Positions 19,530-29,277 of a stretch of 64,000 bases of DNA are shown here, piece after piece (positions within the stretch are counted from its first letter, which is position 1; each line of letters begins with the position of its first letter). The stretch is from Candidatus Abzuiibacterium crystallinum. Its GTDB lineage: Bacteria > Omnitrophota > Omnitrophia > Omnitrophales > Abzuiibacteriaceae. Position numbers and translations under genes: made by a program. The stretch spans positions 65,286-129,285 of the forward strand of contig PCVY01000065.1 of assembly GCA_002787155.1 (NCBI GenBank), in the 5' to 3' direction. The notes beneath the pieces are model-generated. The model saw only the letters and a program-made list of their open reading frames with translations. It was not told the origin of the DNA and did not search any database.

Positions 19530-22202
19530 TCAGGCTTTGAACCAGCTTCCTCCGTGAACCACATCGACTTTTAAAGGCACTTTGAGTTTGGCGGCGCCTT
19601 CCATTTTGTCTTTCACCATTTTGGTTAAGTCCGTCAATTCGCTATCCGGAGCGTCAAAAACCAATTCGTCATGAACTTGAATCGCCATTAAACTTTCCCA
19701 TTTTCCCTGATCCAATGTTTTTTGAATTTCGATCATGGCTACTTTAATTAAATCTGCCGCCGAGCCTTGAATGGGTGCGTTGATGGCAGCCCGTTCTGCA
19801 AACTGTTTGAGCGACGGATTTGAAGAATTGATATCGGGAAAAAGCGAACGGCGGCCAAACATGGTGGTGAGGTAACCGTTTTTCCGGGCCAGTGTTTTTT
19901 GTGCTTCTAAGTAATCTTTAATTTGTGCATACCTCATAAAATAAGAATCGATGAAATGCTGTGCTTCCGGAATCGAAACCTTCAACTCCTGCGCTAACCC
20001 AAAAGCGCTCACGCCGTAAACAATGCTGAAGTTAATGGTTTTAGCAACATTGCGCATTTCCCGGGTGACGTCTTTTTCTTTCACACCGTAAAGCAGCGTG
20101 GCCGTAAAAGAATGAATATCTAAATCTTCTTTAAAAGCGCGCGTTAAATTCTTATCTTCGGATAAATGAGCCAGAATGCGCAACTCAATCTGTGAATAAT
20201 CAGCCGATACAATTTTTCGTTCCTTGCCGCGCGGGACAAATGCCCGCCTGATTTCACGCCCCGTTTCCGTTCGAATGGGAATGTTTTGCAAATTAGGATC
20301 AGAGCTCGAAAGCCTGCCCGTGGATGTCACCGTCTGATTAAAGGAGGCGTGAATCAAACCTGTTTCAGGATTAATCAATTCGGGAAAAGCATCTAAATAA
20401 GTAGACTTTAACTTCGATTTTTCTCGGTATGCCAGCAGCAACTTGGGAAGATCGTAAGTCTGAGCCAGTTTTTCGAGCACCCCGACATCCGTTGAATAAC
20501 CTGTTTTCGTCCGCTTGATGATGGGGAGTTTAAGTTTGTTAAATAAAATATCGGAAAGTTGCTTCGTAGAATTAATGTTAAATTCCTCACCGGCTTCTTT
20601 GTAAATTTGGCTGGTGAGACTGGCAAGATCTTTTTCCGCTTTTTGAGACAACTGCTTTAAGAAAGCCGTGTCAATGGCGACGCCGTTTTGTTCCATTTGA
20701 GCCAGTACCAGCAAAAGGGGCATTTCGATTTCCGCATATAACGCCTCCAGCTGATGCACCTGGAGCAATTTCCGGAGAATCGGAATCAATCGGGCCACAC
20801 AATCGGCGTCTTCACAAGCATATTCACTCACTTGATCAAGCGGCACGGCATCCATGCCAATTTGTTTTTTCCCGCTTCCCAATAAGTCTTTGGTGGCAAT
20901 TTTCCTGACTCCGATATATTCAAACGTCACATCATCCAAATTATGATTCAGTTTAATGGGGTTGATGAGATAAGAGGCGATCATGGTATCGAAGAATGGC
21001 CCTTGAAGCTCGATGCCGTGCCTTCTCAGGACCAGAAAATCATATTTGATGTTGTGTCCCCATTTGCTCTTTGATGACTGTTCAAGCAGGGATTTTATTT
21101 TTTTTTGTATGTTTTTCCATGCCAAACCGCCGCCTTGATGCTCAGGCTGCGAAACAGGGATGTAATAAGCCGTAAACGGCTCCCAGGAAAAACTAAGTCC
21201 CACCAAGCGGGCCGTCATCGGATCAACCGAGGTGGTTTCGGTATCAACCGCAAACCCTTTGGTTTTTTCTAACTTTTGAATTAATTGATCTAAATCTGAT
21301 TCTGTTTGAATGGTATGATAATTTCTCTTCTCTGTTTCAGCGACGCTCGCCGGGGCTAGTTCGTTTAATAAGCTGCGAAATTCGAAACGTTTGTAAAATT
21401 CTCCTAACTTATGCTGGTCTGCCGGATGGGGTTTCAACGCCTCCATATCCGTTTCAACAGGCACCTGACAATCAATGACAGCCAAATCTTTTGACAACAA
21501 TGCAATTTGTTGGTTTTCTTTCAATTTGGTTTGCCGCGAAGCGCCTTTAATTTTTCCTAAGTGCTCATAAATTTTTTCAACAGATCCATGTTCCTTAATC
21601 AATTCGAGCGCCGTTTTTTCTCCGATGCCCGGCACGCCGGGAATGTTATCAGAAGCGTCCCCCATGAGCCCCAACACATCAATAATTTGTGTCGGCCTCA
21701 GTCCCGAGAAAAGCGCTGAAACTTCTTTGGGCCCCATGATTTGTTCTTTGTGCGTATGAAAAATAGAAATGTGATCATCCACCAATTGAAAAGCATCTTT
21801 GTCACTTGTCACAATCAAGACTTTGTAATCTTCTTCTTTTGCCCGCTTGGCTAAGGTGCCAATGATATCGTCCGCTTCATAGCCCGCTAATTCAAAAGCC
21901 GCAATGCCATAAATGTGAAGAAACTCTTTGATATGAGGCATTTGCTCAATGAGCGGTTCCGGCATGGGTTTGCGATGTGCTTTATACTGTTCAAATTTTT
22001 TATGCCGAAAAGTAGGTTCTTTACGGTCAAAACAAACAGCCACAAGATCCGGCTTCAAATCCTGCAGGAGTTTCTTGAAGATGGTAATGAATCCATAAAT
22101 CGCATTCGTCGGCTCGCCTTTCGAACTGGTCAGCTCACGGATTGCATAAAAAGCCCGATAGCATAAGGACTGGCCGTCTACGAGCATTAGTTTTTGTGAC
22201 AT
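19530..22202 (-). CDS. polA: DNA polymerase I
   Basis: 5' nuclease (EADDIIGT, GDASDNIPGV), proofreading DTETT, polymerase ADYSQIELR and QVHDEL. Confidence 0.99.
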   Translation of the reverse strand: MSQKLMLVDGQSLCYRAFYAIRELTSSKGEPTNAIYGFITIFKKLLQDLKPDLVAVCFDRKEPTFRHKKFEQYKAHRKPMPEPLIEQMPHIKEFLHIYGIAAFELAGYEADDIIGTLAKRAKEEDYKVLIVTSDKDAFQLVDDHISIFHTHKEQIMGPKEVSALFSGLRPTQIIDVLGLMGDASDNIPGVPGIGEKTALELIKEHGSVEKIYEHLGKIKGASRQTKLKENQQIALLSKDLAVIDCQVPVETDMEALKPHPADQHKLGEFYKRFEFRSLLNELAPASVAETEKRNYHTIQTESDLDQLIQKLEKTKGFAVDTETTSVDPMTARLVGLSFSWEPFTAYYIPVSQPEHQGGGLAWKNIQKKIKSLLEQSSKSKWGHNIKYDFLVLRRHGIELQGPFFDTMIASYLINPIKLNHNLDDVTFEYIGVRKIATKDLLGSGKKQIGMDAVPLDQVSEYACEDADCVARLIPILRKLLQVHQLEALYAEIEMPLLLVLAQMEQNGVAIDTAFLKQLSQKAEKDLASLTSQIYKEAGEEFNINSTKQLSDILFNKLKLPIIKRTKTGYSTDVGVLEKLAQTYDLPKLLLAYREKSKLKSTYLDAFPELINPETGLIHASFNQTVTSTGRLSSSDPNLQNIPIRTETGREIRRAFVPRGKERKIVSADYSQIELRILAHLSEDKNLTRAFKEDLDIHSFTATLLYGVKEKDVTREMRNVAKTINFSIVYGVSAFGLAQELKVSIPEAQHFIDSYFMRYAQIKDYLEAQKTLARKNGYLTTMFGRRSLFPDINSSNPSLKQFAERAAINAPIQGSAADLIKVAMIEIQKTLDQGKWESLMAIQVHDELVFDAPDSELTDLTKMVKDKMEGAAKLKVPLKVDVVHGGSWFKA

Positions 22203-22532
22203 AAATAAACGCTTTTGGATTCCCTTCTAGAAAAAGATTTTGATCAGGAATTGAATACTTTGTGGGTAACTGACTTGCAAGATGCTAAATTTTAGGATTA
22301 TTATAGGCTTATTAGATGATTCAGGTTAGTTTGAACACCGACAGGCATTGCCTGGCGATTCACTTTATTTTATGTAAAAACTTAATCTTCCGAAAGAACC
22401 TTTGTCTGCCACTTTATTTTAGGGAAACTCGGTAATGATGATGGGATCTTCGACAGGACTTCTTTCGATGTCAATATCGGTAATATAACGAATGTATGAA
22501 TAAAGTGCAAGTATTTTTTGCTGTTGATCAGC

Positions 22533-23645
22533 TTACCGGCCCCAACGCTTTTTAGGTGTTGGTGTGGTACTAACCGGTCCAAGAACATTGGATTTAGCAG
22601 CCTGCTGAATAAACTGGCCCTGATCATATGCGGTTTCTAAGGCTGACTCGTAGCTGATAATCCCTTTGGCGTAAAGATCTATTAAATGGCTGTCCAAGGT
22701 CCGCATGCCGAATTTGTGTCCGGTTTGAATTTCCGAAAAGATCTGAAAGGTTTTATTTTCCCGGATTAAGTTTGAAATCGCGGGTGTTTGGATCATGATT
22801 TCAAAAGCCGCGACACGTCCATCCTGATCAATGCGCGGAATCAGCGCTTGAGACACAACCGCGATTAAAGTGACTGAAAGCTGAACGCGAATTTGCGCCT
22901 GCTGGTGCGAAGGAAAAACGTCAATCACACGATCAACGGTTCTGGCAGCACCGGTGGTATGGAGTGTTGCAAATACCAAGTGCCCCGTTTCAGCTGCGGT
23001 GATGGCAGCTTCCATGGTCGCTAAGTCTCTCATTTCTCCGATCAGCAGAACGTCGGGGTCTTGACGCAGTGACTTGACGACCGCCTCAGAAAAAGATGGG
23101 ACGTCGACACCGACTTCGCGCTGAACAATGATGCCGCGTTTGTGTTCATGGACAAATTCGATCGGATCTTCAATGGTCACAATGTGTGCCGGATGATTCG
23201 CATTGATGTAATCAATCATGGTAGCCAATGTGGTTGATTTACCGCTGCCTGTCGGACCCGTCACCAAAATGAGACCGCGCGGCCGGTTGAGCAGCTGCAC
23301 CACCTTTTCCGGGATACCAATGGCATCAAAATCAAAAAATCGGTTCGGCAATAAACGAAGCACCATGCCGATGTAACTCTTTTGTCTGAAAGCAGAAACA
23401 CGCAACCGAGAGGTCTTCGCATAAGCAAAGCCAAAATCAACGCCGCCGACACGGTCTATTTTCTGCCGATGCGATTCATCGGTAATTGCGCGCATGTATT
23501 CTTCGGTATCCTGCTCGCTCAGTTCTTTGTCGCTAATGGAAACCAAATCCCCATTCAACCGAAAAGTAATTGGACGGCCTACTTCCAAATGAATATCAGA
23601 GGCACGTTTTTCAAAGGCGAGTTCGATGATTTCACGAATGTTCAT
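22533..23645 (-). CDS. pilT: Type IV pilus retraction ATPase PilT
   Basis: ASDIH, GPTGSGKST, TIEDPIE, AAETGH, TLHT, AISNLIRE. Confidence 0.95.
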   Translation of the reverse strand: MNIREIIELAFEKRASDIHLEVGRPITFRLNGDLVSISDKELSEQDTEEYMRAITDESHRQKIDRVGGVDFGFAYAKTSRLRVSAFRQKSYIGMVLRLLPNRFFDFDAIGIPEKVVQLLNRPRGLILVTGPTGSGKSTTLATMIDYINANHPAHIVTIEDPIEFVHEHKRGIIVQREVGVDVPSFSEAVVKSLRQDPDVLLIGEMRDLATMEAAITAAETGHLVFATLHTTGAARTVDRVIDVFPSHQQAQIRVQLSVTLIAVVSQALIPRIDQDGRVAAFEIMIQTPAISNLIRENKTFQIFSEIQTGHKFGMRTLDSHLIDLYAKGIISYESALETAYDQGQFIQQAAKSNVLGPVSTTPTPKKRWGR

Positions 23646-23878
23646 TCAAACCAACTTTCTATAGTTAAAAGAAATCAATAATGTCTCGTTAAGGTGATAA
23701 CGGCTTAATTTAAAAAATCTTCACCCAAACCTTCTTACTAAAAGCTACCCGATAAAAAATCGGCTGTCTAGAACCGTTAGACAGATATCATATTATATTA
23801 CCGGGCAAGTCTTCCGGTGGCACCTGAAAAATAGTCATTTTTTACCCATAAGGCCGCTAATTTCATTGTCTAACGGCA

Positions 23879-24424
23879 CTAGGGCAAGTGAATAAACCGC
23901 AATCCGTAGAGCGTCATCAGATAAATAGCCGCTGTCATGAGCAGAATTGGCAGGCCTCTCCACAATCGAGGAACGTCCGATAATCTTATCCGCTCACTCA
24001 GCGCTATCACCGCCATGGAAAAGAAAATGCTGACAAAGGAAATCAACAGAATTTTGATGTGCTGTATTTCCCAGGAATCCCATTCGGATACTTGCAGCCA
24101 TGTCATTGTTAGAAATAAAACGGAAAATGTAGACAGGGATGGAAACGACTGCTTTTGTTTTTCAATGGATTTCCCTTCCATTTGAAATAACGTCATCAAT
24201 CCCTCCCCGACCGCACAGCTTAAAAAAGCAACAACGACCGCGGTCCACCAATCAAGCCCGATATCGAGAAAGAAACGGCGTATGATTTCTGTGACAATCA
24301 AAGCGATATAAATCATGACCCACAAACCGCCAATTGTGCGCATCAAAGTTCTCATTGATAAACCATAGAAAACTCTTTGAATCAGCGCAAGTACCAACAG
24401 GATTGCAAACCAATGCATGCTCAT
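23879..24424 (-). CDS. Highly divergent RnfA/NqrE-like membrane subunit
   Basis: C-terminal ERIRLSDVPRLWRGLPILLMTA matches the RnfA pattern ER...DVP..F.G.PI.LITAG; last gene of the rnf cluster. Confidence 0.7.
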   Translation of the reverse strand: MSMHWFAILLVLALIQRVFYGLSMRTLMRTIGGLWVMIYIALIVTEIIRRFFLDIGLDWWTAVVVAFLSCAVGEGLMTLFQMEGKSIEKQKQSFPSLSTFSVLFLTMTWLQVSEWDSWEIQHIKILLISFVSIFFSMAVIALSERIRLSDVPRLWRGLPILLMTAAIYLMTLYGLRFIHLP

Positions 24425-24894
24425 CGGTGCCGCCTCGCTAAATGCAGGATGCTTTGCACCCCCAGAAATGCCACAGCCATCACAAAAAAATAAGCCGGAT
24501 AAAATAAAGAAAATGCCAAACGCGTCTGGGTTTGGAGCGCTGCTGCCAAGAAAACAAACACCAAAAACAGAAGCCCCGCTTCCAAGCGCTCCACGGCTTT
24601 ACTTGACGTTTGAAGCAAGATAACAATTGAAATGATGCAAAAACTTAATTGAATGTCTGCCAACGGGAGAAAAATTCGGCGCAGTGTTTCAAGTAAGGTA
24701 AGACCTACGATGAGCGCTGCCAGTAAATGAAAGCCCGGCGCCAAAAACCGTTTTAAAAACGTTAAAAATAAATGCGTCAACAATAAAACCAAAAAGACAC
24801 TCAAACTTGCCCAAATTTTGTCATAGGCACTGCCATAAAGAATGACAAATGCAAGCGCGCTTAAAGCAATTCGTTCTAACTGATTTGATTTCAT
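24421..24894 (-). CDS. Highly divergent RnfE/NqrD-like membrane subunit
   Basis: Operon position; helix pattern VLLLTHLFLTFLKRFLAP resembles RnfE VL..SN..IS.LR..IP; C-terminal YPAYFF resembles PPGAF. Confidence 0.55.
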   Translation of the reverse strand: MKSNQLERIALSALAFVILYGSAYDKIWASLSVFLVLLLTHLFLTFLKRFLAPGFHLLAALIVGLTLLETLRRIFLPLADIQLSFCIISIVILLQTSSKAVERLEAGLLFLVFVFLAAALQTQTRLAFSLFYPAYFFVMAVAFLGVQSILHLARRHR

Positions 24895-24904
24895 CTTGAT
24901 CCGC

Positions 24905-25009
24905 TCACATGGTTATAAAATCAAGCCACCAATAACTCAATAAAAACAATAAAACTAACACCAAAATACTTTGTCTCATTCGTCTGGTTCTGATGGCAGT
25001 CTTTGTCAT
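24905..25009 (-). CDS. 34-aa single-TM peptide in the rnfG position (not in ORF track)
   Basis: GGAG RBS 8 nt before ATG; MTKTAIRTRRMRQSILVLVLLFLLSYWWLDFITM; fills the rnfD-rnfE gap. Confidence 0.55.
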   Translation of the reverse strand: MTKTAIRTRRMRQSILVLVLLFLLSYWWLDFITM

Positions 25010-25020
25010 TTATTTTTCTC

Positions 25021-25917
25021 CTACGATCTCACAAACCGCGCGTACCGGTCCAGGAGAGGCGTTAAACCATTGATGATCAGCACCGAATAAGCCAGCGCTT
25101 CTATTCCGGTCAACCAGCTTTTGAAAAATAAGAAAAATAATGCGCATGCAATCCCCGCCCATATTCTGCCGCGTGATGTAATGGGACTCGTGCTTGAGTC
25201 CGGCAAAATGAAAAAAGCAAACAGAGCAATCGGGTGGCTCAGAAACAAACGGTCGATACGTATGCCGATGAGAAGCGCAAGTATCAGTAACGCGGCAAGG
25301 AAAGTGGCGGGTGTCCGTGGATCAATGCGCCGATGCCAAGCAAGCACCATACCGCCGATTAAAACCGCGATGGGACTCATGTTACCAAGCGTCGGTGCAT
25401 CGACTTGGAAAAACCACGCATAAAACGGAATGACTGCCTGCTGGGTACCATACTCATAAGCTCTGAGGTAAGGTGTGATTTCACCGGCAAAACAAGTCGC
25501 TAAAAAAATAAGACCGGCCAATGACGGATGAAAAATATACTGTCCCCAGCCGCCAAAACAAGCTTTCCCCGCCGCGATAACAAAGAAGACACCGAGCATC
25601 ACTGCCCACCAAGGCGTGTAGCGCGGTATCACCAGAATAAACAAAAGACACAACAAGAAACTGCTGCCGTCATCGATGGTAATTTCTTCCCGGTGAAAAA
25701 AAGCAAATAAATAGTCGCACATCAAGCCGCTTAAAACCGCAAAAATCAAAAGCCGTAGCGTATCCTGAAAATCAATGATGACGTTTAATAAAATGAGAGG
25801 CAATAAACCCAACGTAATTTGCCATGCCCAATAGGATGAAGAAAAACGGGAATGCCAATGCGGTGAAGTGGTCTTAGGAAACGTTTTTTTTAAGCGCTCC
25901 TTAGGGGACAACGGCAT
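25021..25917 (-). CDS. rnfD: RnfD/NqrB family membrane subunit (divergent)
   Basis: SPH, DGSS, KACFGGWGQYIFHP, AFFILPDSSTSPIT, NGLTPLLD. Confidence 0.85.
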   Translation of the reverse strand: MPLSPKERLKKTFPKTTSPHWHSRFSSSYWAWQITLGLLPLILLNVIIDFQDTLRLLIFAVLSGLMCDYLFAFFHREEITIDDGSSFLLCLLFILVIPRYTPWWAVMLGVFFVIAAGKACFGGWGQYIFHPSLAGLIFLATCFAGEITPYLRAYEYGTQQAVIPFYAWFFQVDAPTLGNMSPIAVLIGGMVLAWHRRIDPRTPATFLAALLILALLIGIRIDRLFLSHPIALFAFFILPDSSTSPITSRGRIWAGIACALFFLFFKSWLTGIEALAYSVLIINGLTPLLDRYARFVRS

Positions 25918-27223
25918 AAATTAAATCCTTTTCCGAATGCATGGATTCATATGGCGCGCCAAAATATGTTTGCTTGCCTTCTTTTAAAATATCTAATAAC
26001 GGGATGTTAGACGGGCACACAAAAGCGCAGTTGCCGCATTCGATACAATTTTGAAGTTGAAATGCCCGGACGACGGCACGGTCTTTTAGTCGAATACCCT
26101 TAATTAAAGTCTCCGGTACAAGATGTTCTGGGCAAGTTTCAACACATAATCCGCACCGGATGCAGGGCTTTTCCTTACCTTCATCAATAAATTCCTGCGC
26201 CAGTGCCACAATGCCGTTTACAGGTTTGGTGAGCGGTGTATTGAGATGAGAAAGAGAAACGCCCGTCATCGGACCGCCAAAAATCACGCGGACGGGATCT
26301 CGCAAAAACCCTTTGCAAGTTTTAATGGCATCATAAGCGCTGGTACCGATTCGAAACATCAAATTTTGAGGTTCCACAATGCAGTGGCCGGTGATTGTCA
26401 CCACGCGTTCAATCAGCGGTTTATGATACTTCACGGCCTCGTAGACCGCATAAGCGGTTGCCACATTATGAATTAACACTTTTACGTCATCGCGGTTCTT
26501 GGAAGGAATGCACGTTCGTTTTAACTCTGAATCACTGCCTTGCGGATAGCGAGCCGGCACTTGCTTGACCTCAATATCTTTGAAACCCAGCAGCCTGATT
26601 TTGCTAAGGATGATTTCGATACATTCTAATTTGTTATCTTCAATAGCGATTAAACATTTCTTGGCACCCGAAACGCACATGAGGAATCTTGCCCCATGCA
26701 AAATTTCAACGGCTTTATTGAACATCAGAATAAAGTCAGCCGTTAGAAACGGCTCTGATTCACAGCCATTCAAGATTAATAAATCACACGCCCCTTTGGT
26801 AGTTTGGTCTAACTTCAAGTGAGTCGGAAAACCCTTTCCGCCTAAGCCGACCAAACCAGCATTAAAAATACACTGCCGGATCTTATCACGTTCTGTATTT
26901 TTCCAATCCGGCTGCTCGACAATTTCTGCCTCCCACTCATCTTTTCCGTCACTTTCAAGGCGAATATAATCCGGCGTCACTTCCCGAACCGTACCGGAAA
27001 CACTGGCATGAATATGAGCCGAGAAATCGCCTTGTGCAGCTGCAATTTTAGCACCAGTTTTGACGGCTTCGCCGGAACGGACTAAAGGAATAGCCGGCAA
27101 ACCCTGGTGCTGTTTGAGCGGAAGTGTGACAAAAGCCGGGAGCGGCGCTTTCTTAAAATGGGGTGTTAAAAGACTGAGGGCTTTGTAATCCGGAAGTTTG
27201 ATGCCTCGGCGAAAAATCTTCAT
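25901..27223 (-). CDS. rnfC: RnfC/RsxC electron transport subunit
   Basis: QHQG, HASVSG, GLVGLGGKGFPT, YPQG, GGPM, two CxxCxxCxxxCP motifs. Confidence 0.93.
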   Translation of the reverse strand: MKIFRRGIKLPDYKALSLLTPHFKKAPLPAFVTLPLKQHQGLPAIPLVRSGEAVKTGAKIAAAQGDFSAHIHASVSGTVREVTPDYIRLESDGKDEWEAEIVEQPDWKNTERDKIRQCIFNAGLVGLGGKGFPTHLKLDQTTKGACDLLILNGCESEPFLTADFILMFNKAVEILHGARFLMCVSGAKKCLIAIEDNKLECIEIILSKIRLLGFKDIEVKQVPARYPQGSDSELKRTCIPSKNRDDVKVLIHNVATAYAVYEAVKYHKPLIERVVTITGHCIVEPQNLMFRIGTSAYDAIKTCKGFLRDPVRVIFGGPMTGVSLSHLNTPLTKPVNGIVALAQEFIDEGKEKPCIRCGLCVETCPEHLVPETLIKGIRLKDRAVVRAFQLQNCIECGNCAFVCPSNIPLLDILKEGKQTYFGAPYESMHSEKDLIYAVVP

Positions 27224-27260
27224 GCCAAAAATCACCTTTCAAAGGTTGTCATGAAGCTAT

Positions 27261-28415
27261 TTAAGCAAACAATAACTCTCTCATTCTGGTGCGGATGTGA
27301 GCAGAGCTTGCTTTCCCTTGTTCTGTTGAACGGCCGATCCAGCCGCCGCCTAAGACGATATCACCGTCGTAAAGAACGCATGCTTGACCGGGTGTAATGG
27401 CGTCTTGCGGTTCACGAAAGTTCACCTGCACATGATCATTCGAAAGAAATGAAAGCGTGGCTTCAGCTTTTTGATGCCGCGAACGAATTTTAGCTTGAAC
27501 GTGGTTAGGATTAATTTGTTCCAACGGGACAAACCAATTGATTCTTTCAACTTCACACCGTTGACTATAAACATCCTCTTTGGGACCGACAATGACCAGA
27601 TTTTCTTCGGGCAGGATATCAATCACATAAAGTGCGTGCGGATGCGCAATGTTAAGTCCTTTGCGTTGACCAATCGTAAAATGATAATAGCCTGGGTGCG
27701 TTCCTAACACGCTGCCTTCTTTGTCTCTGACTTGACCGACGTCCTCAGAAGCAGCGGCAGAAACCGCGCCCTGTTTTTCAAGAAAAGCACCGTAATCATT
27801 GCTGGGGATAAAACAAATTTCCTGCGAGTCGGGTTTATTGGCAACGCACAAGCCGATCCGGCCGGCAATTTCGCGAATCGTTTGTTTGGTATATTGACCA
27901 ACCGGCAGTTCGAGATGACTTAAGACATCTTGTGATAGCGGGAATAAAACATATGATTGGTCTTTGGCCGCATCTAACCCCTGGGAAACGACAAAATGTT
28001 GTTTGTGTTTGTCATATTTCAATTGCGCGTAATGCCCTGTTGCAATTTTGTCGTATCCAAGTTCGCGGGCTCTTTGTAAAAACAATTTAAATTTGATGTG
28101 CTCGTTACAAGCAATGCAAGGATTAGGCGTGTTTCCCTTCATATATTCATCGGTAAAGTAATCGACCACGTGGGTTTTGAATTCTTTCTCAAAATTAAAT
28201 ACGTGATAAGGAATCTCGAGGCGTTCTGCTACATCGCGCGCATCTTCAACACCAATTACCCCGCAGCACGATTTGGTATTTTTTTCTTCACAGTCGCCGC
28301 TTGCCCACGTGCGAATGGTAGCGCCGCCCACTTCCCAGCCTGCTTGCTGCAGTAAGTAAGCTGCGACTGACGAATCAACGCCTCCGCTCATGGCAACCAA
28401 TATTTTCTTTTTCAT
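27261..28415 (-). CDS. mnmA: tRNA 2-thiouridylase
   Basis: AMSGGVDSS, TPNPCIACN, ATGHY, KDQSY, DSQEICF, TPGQ; start reassigned to MKKKIL. Confidence 0.97.
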   Translation of the reverse strand: MKKKILVAMSGGVDSSVAAYLLQQAGWEVGGATIRTWASGDCEEKNTKSCCGVIGVEDARDVAERLEIPYHVFNFEKEFKTHVVDYFTDEYMKGNTPNPCIACNEHIKFKLFLQRARELGYDKIATGHYAQLKYDKHKQHFVVSQGLDAAKDQSYVLFPLSQDVLSHLELPVGQYTKQTIREIAGRIGLCVANKPDSQEICFIPSNDYGAFLEKQGAVSAAASEDVGQVRDKEGSVLGTHPGYYHFTIGQRKGLNIAHPHALYVIDILPEENLVIVGPKEDVYSQRCEVERINWFVPLEQINPNHVQAKIRSRHQKAEATLSFLSNDHVQVNFREPQDAITPGQACVLYDGDIVLGGGWIGRSTEQGKASSAHIRTRMRELLFA

Positions 28416-28434
28416 AATAACAATCCTGAATCCT

Positions 28435-28458
28435 GGGGTCAGGTTAGGGTCTGACCCC
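28435..28458. repeat. REP-like palindrome (reverse of GGGGTCAGACCCTAACCTGACCCC)
   Basis: Matches copies at 31885 and 43181. Confidence 0.8.
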
Positions 28459-28479
28459 ATCAATACTAACTAAGTTCAC

Positions 28480-29217
28480 TTAATAACCAAGTACCAGTGT
28501 TGGTTCTGGTTTTAATAAAGCATCAATATTAATACGATCTTTAAACACTTGGCCCAACTTGCCAAACTTACAATTTTCAACATCCAAATCTTCAAGCTCA
28601 GGCAACGAGCCCAAAATCGGTAGTCCGGTTAACTCATGCACCACTTTTGGGTTGGTGAGTTCCGCCAATGAAAAATTGACCAGGGGCGCCCGATTAAAAA
28701 TAATGCCTTTGATAATGAGTCCGCGGATAATCGCCGAATCAACCGTGAGTAAAGTATGATTGATGGCGCCCAAACCAATGGGTGACACAATTAAAATGGG
28801 CAATCCCAAATCACGGATCAAATTAGCCACGTAATACTTTTTTTGGATCGGGACCATTAAACCGCCGATGCCTTCCACAATCACATAATCATAATGATGA
28901 CAAAGTTGCTGATACGCATTCTTAATCGTTTGGACATCAACTTTGGTTTGTTCATAAATTTCCGCCACACTCGGCGCAACCGGGTTACGAAATCGAAACG
29001 GGCTGGTTAAAGGTGCATATTCATTTTCAGCCGCTTCAAACAAGTAAACAGCATCATGACTCACCAAGCGCTGATCAGATCCAATACAGCCTGTCGCAAC
29101 CGGCTTCATGACACCTACTTTTAATCCGCGCGCTTTCAGTGTCATGGCGAGACCCGCAGAAACGATGGTTTTACCTACACCTGTATCCGTGCCGACAACA
29201 AAAATTCCTTTGCCCAT
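28480..29217 (-). CDS. bioD: Dethiobiotin synthase
   Basis: GTDTGVGKT, KPVATG, VEGIGG, LGAINHTLLT. Confidence 0.96.
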   Translation of the reverse strand: MGKGIFVVGTDTGVGKTIVSAGLAMTLKARGLKVGVMKPVATGCIGSDQRLVSHDAVYLFEAAENEYAPLTSPFRFRNPVAPSVAEIYEQTKVDVQTIKNAYQQLCHHYDYVIVEGIGGLMVPIQKKYYVANLIRDLGLPILIVSPIGLGAINHTLLTVDSAIIRGLIIKGIIFNRAPLVNFSLAELTNPKVVHELTGLPILGSLPELEDLDVENCKFGKLGQVFKDRINIDALLKPEPTLVLGY

Positions 29218-29277
29218 TCTATCGTCTCCCAAATTTCGCATCTTCTTTACGCCGCACACAGCGGCAAAAAGCGGAAA

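Noticed and set aside
22382-22627. 81-aa ORF between pilT and polA
   Set aside because: Overlaps the pilT 3' end; no RBS or recognisable motif.
28416-28463. N-terminal extension MMGSDPNLTPG on mnmA
   Set aside because: It is the translation of a REP-like palindrome; homology starts at MKKKIL.
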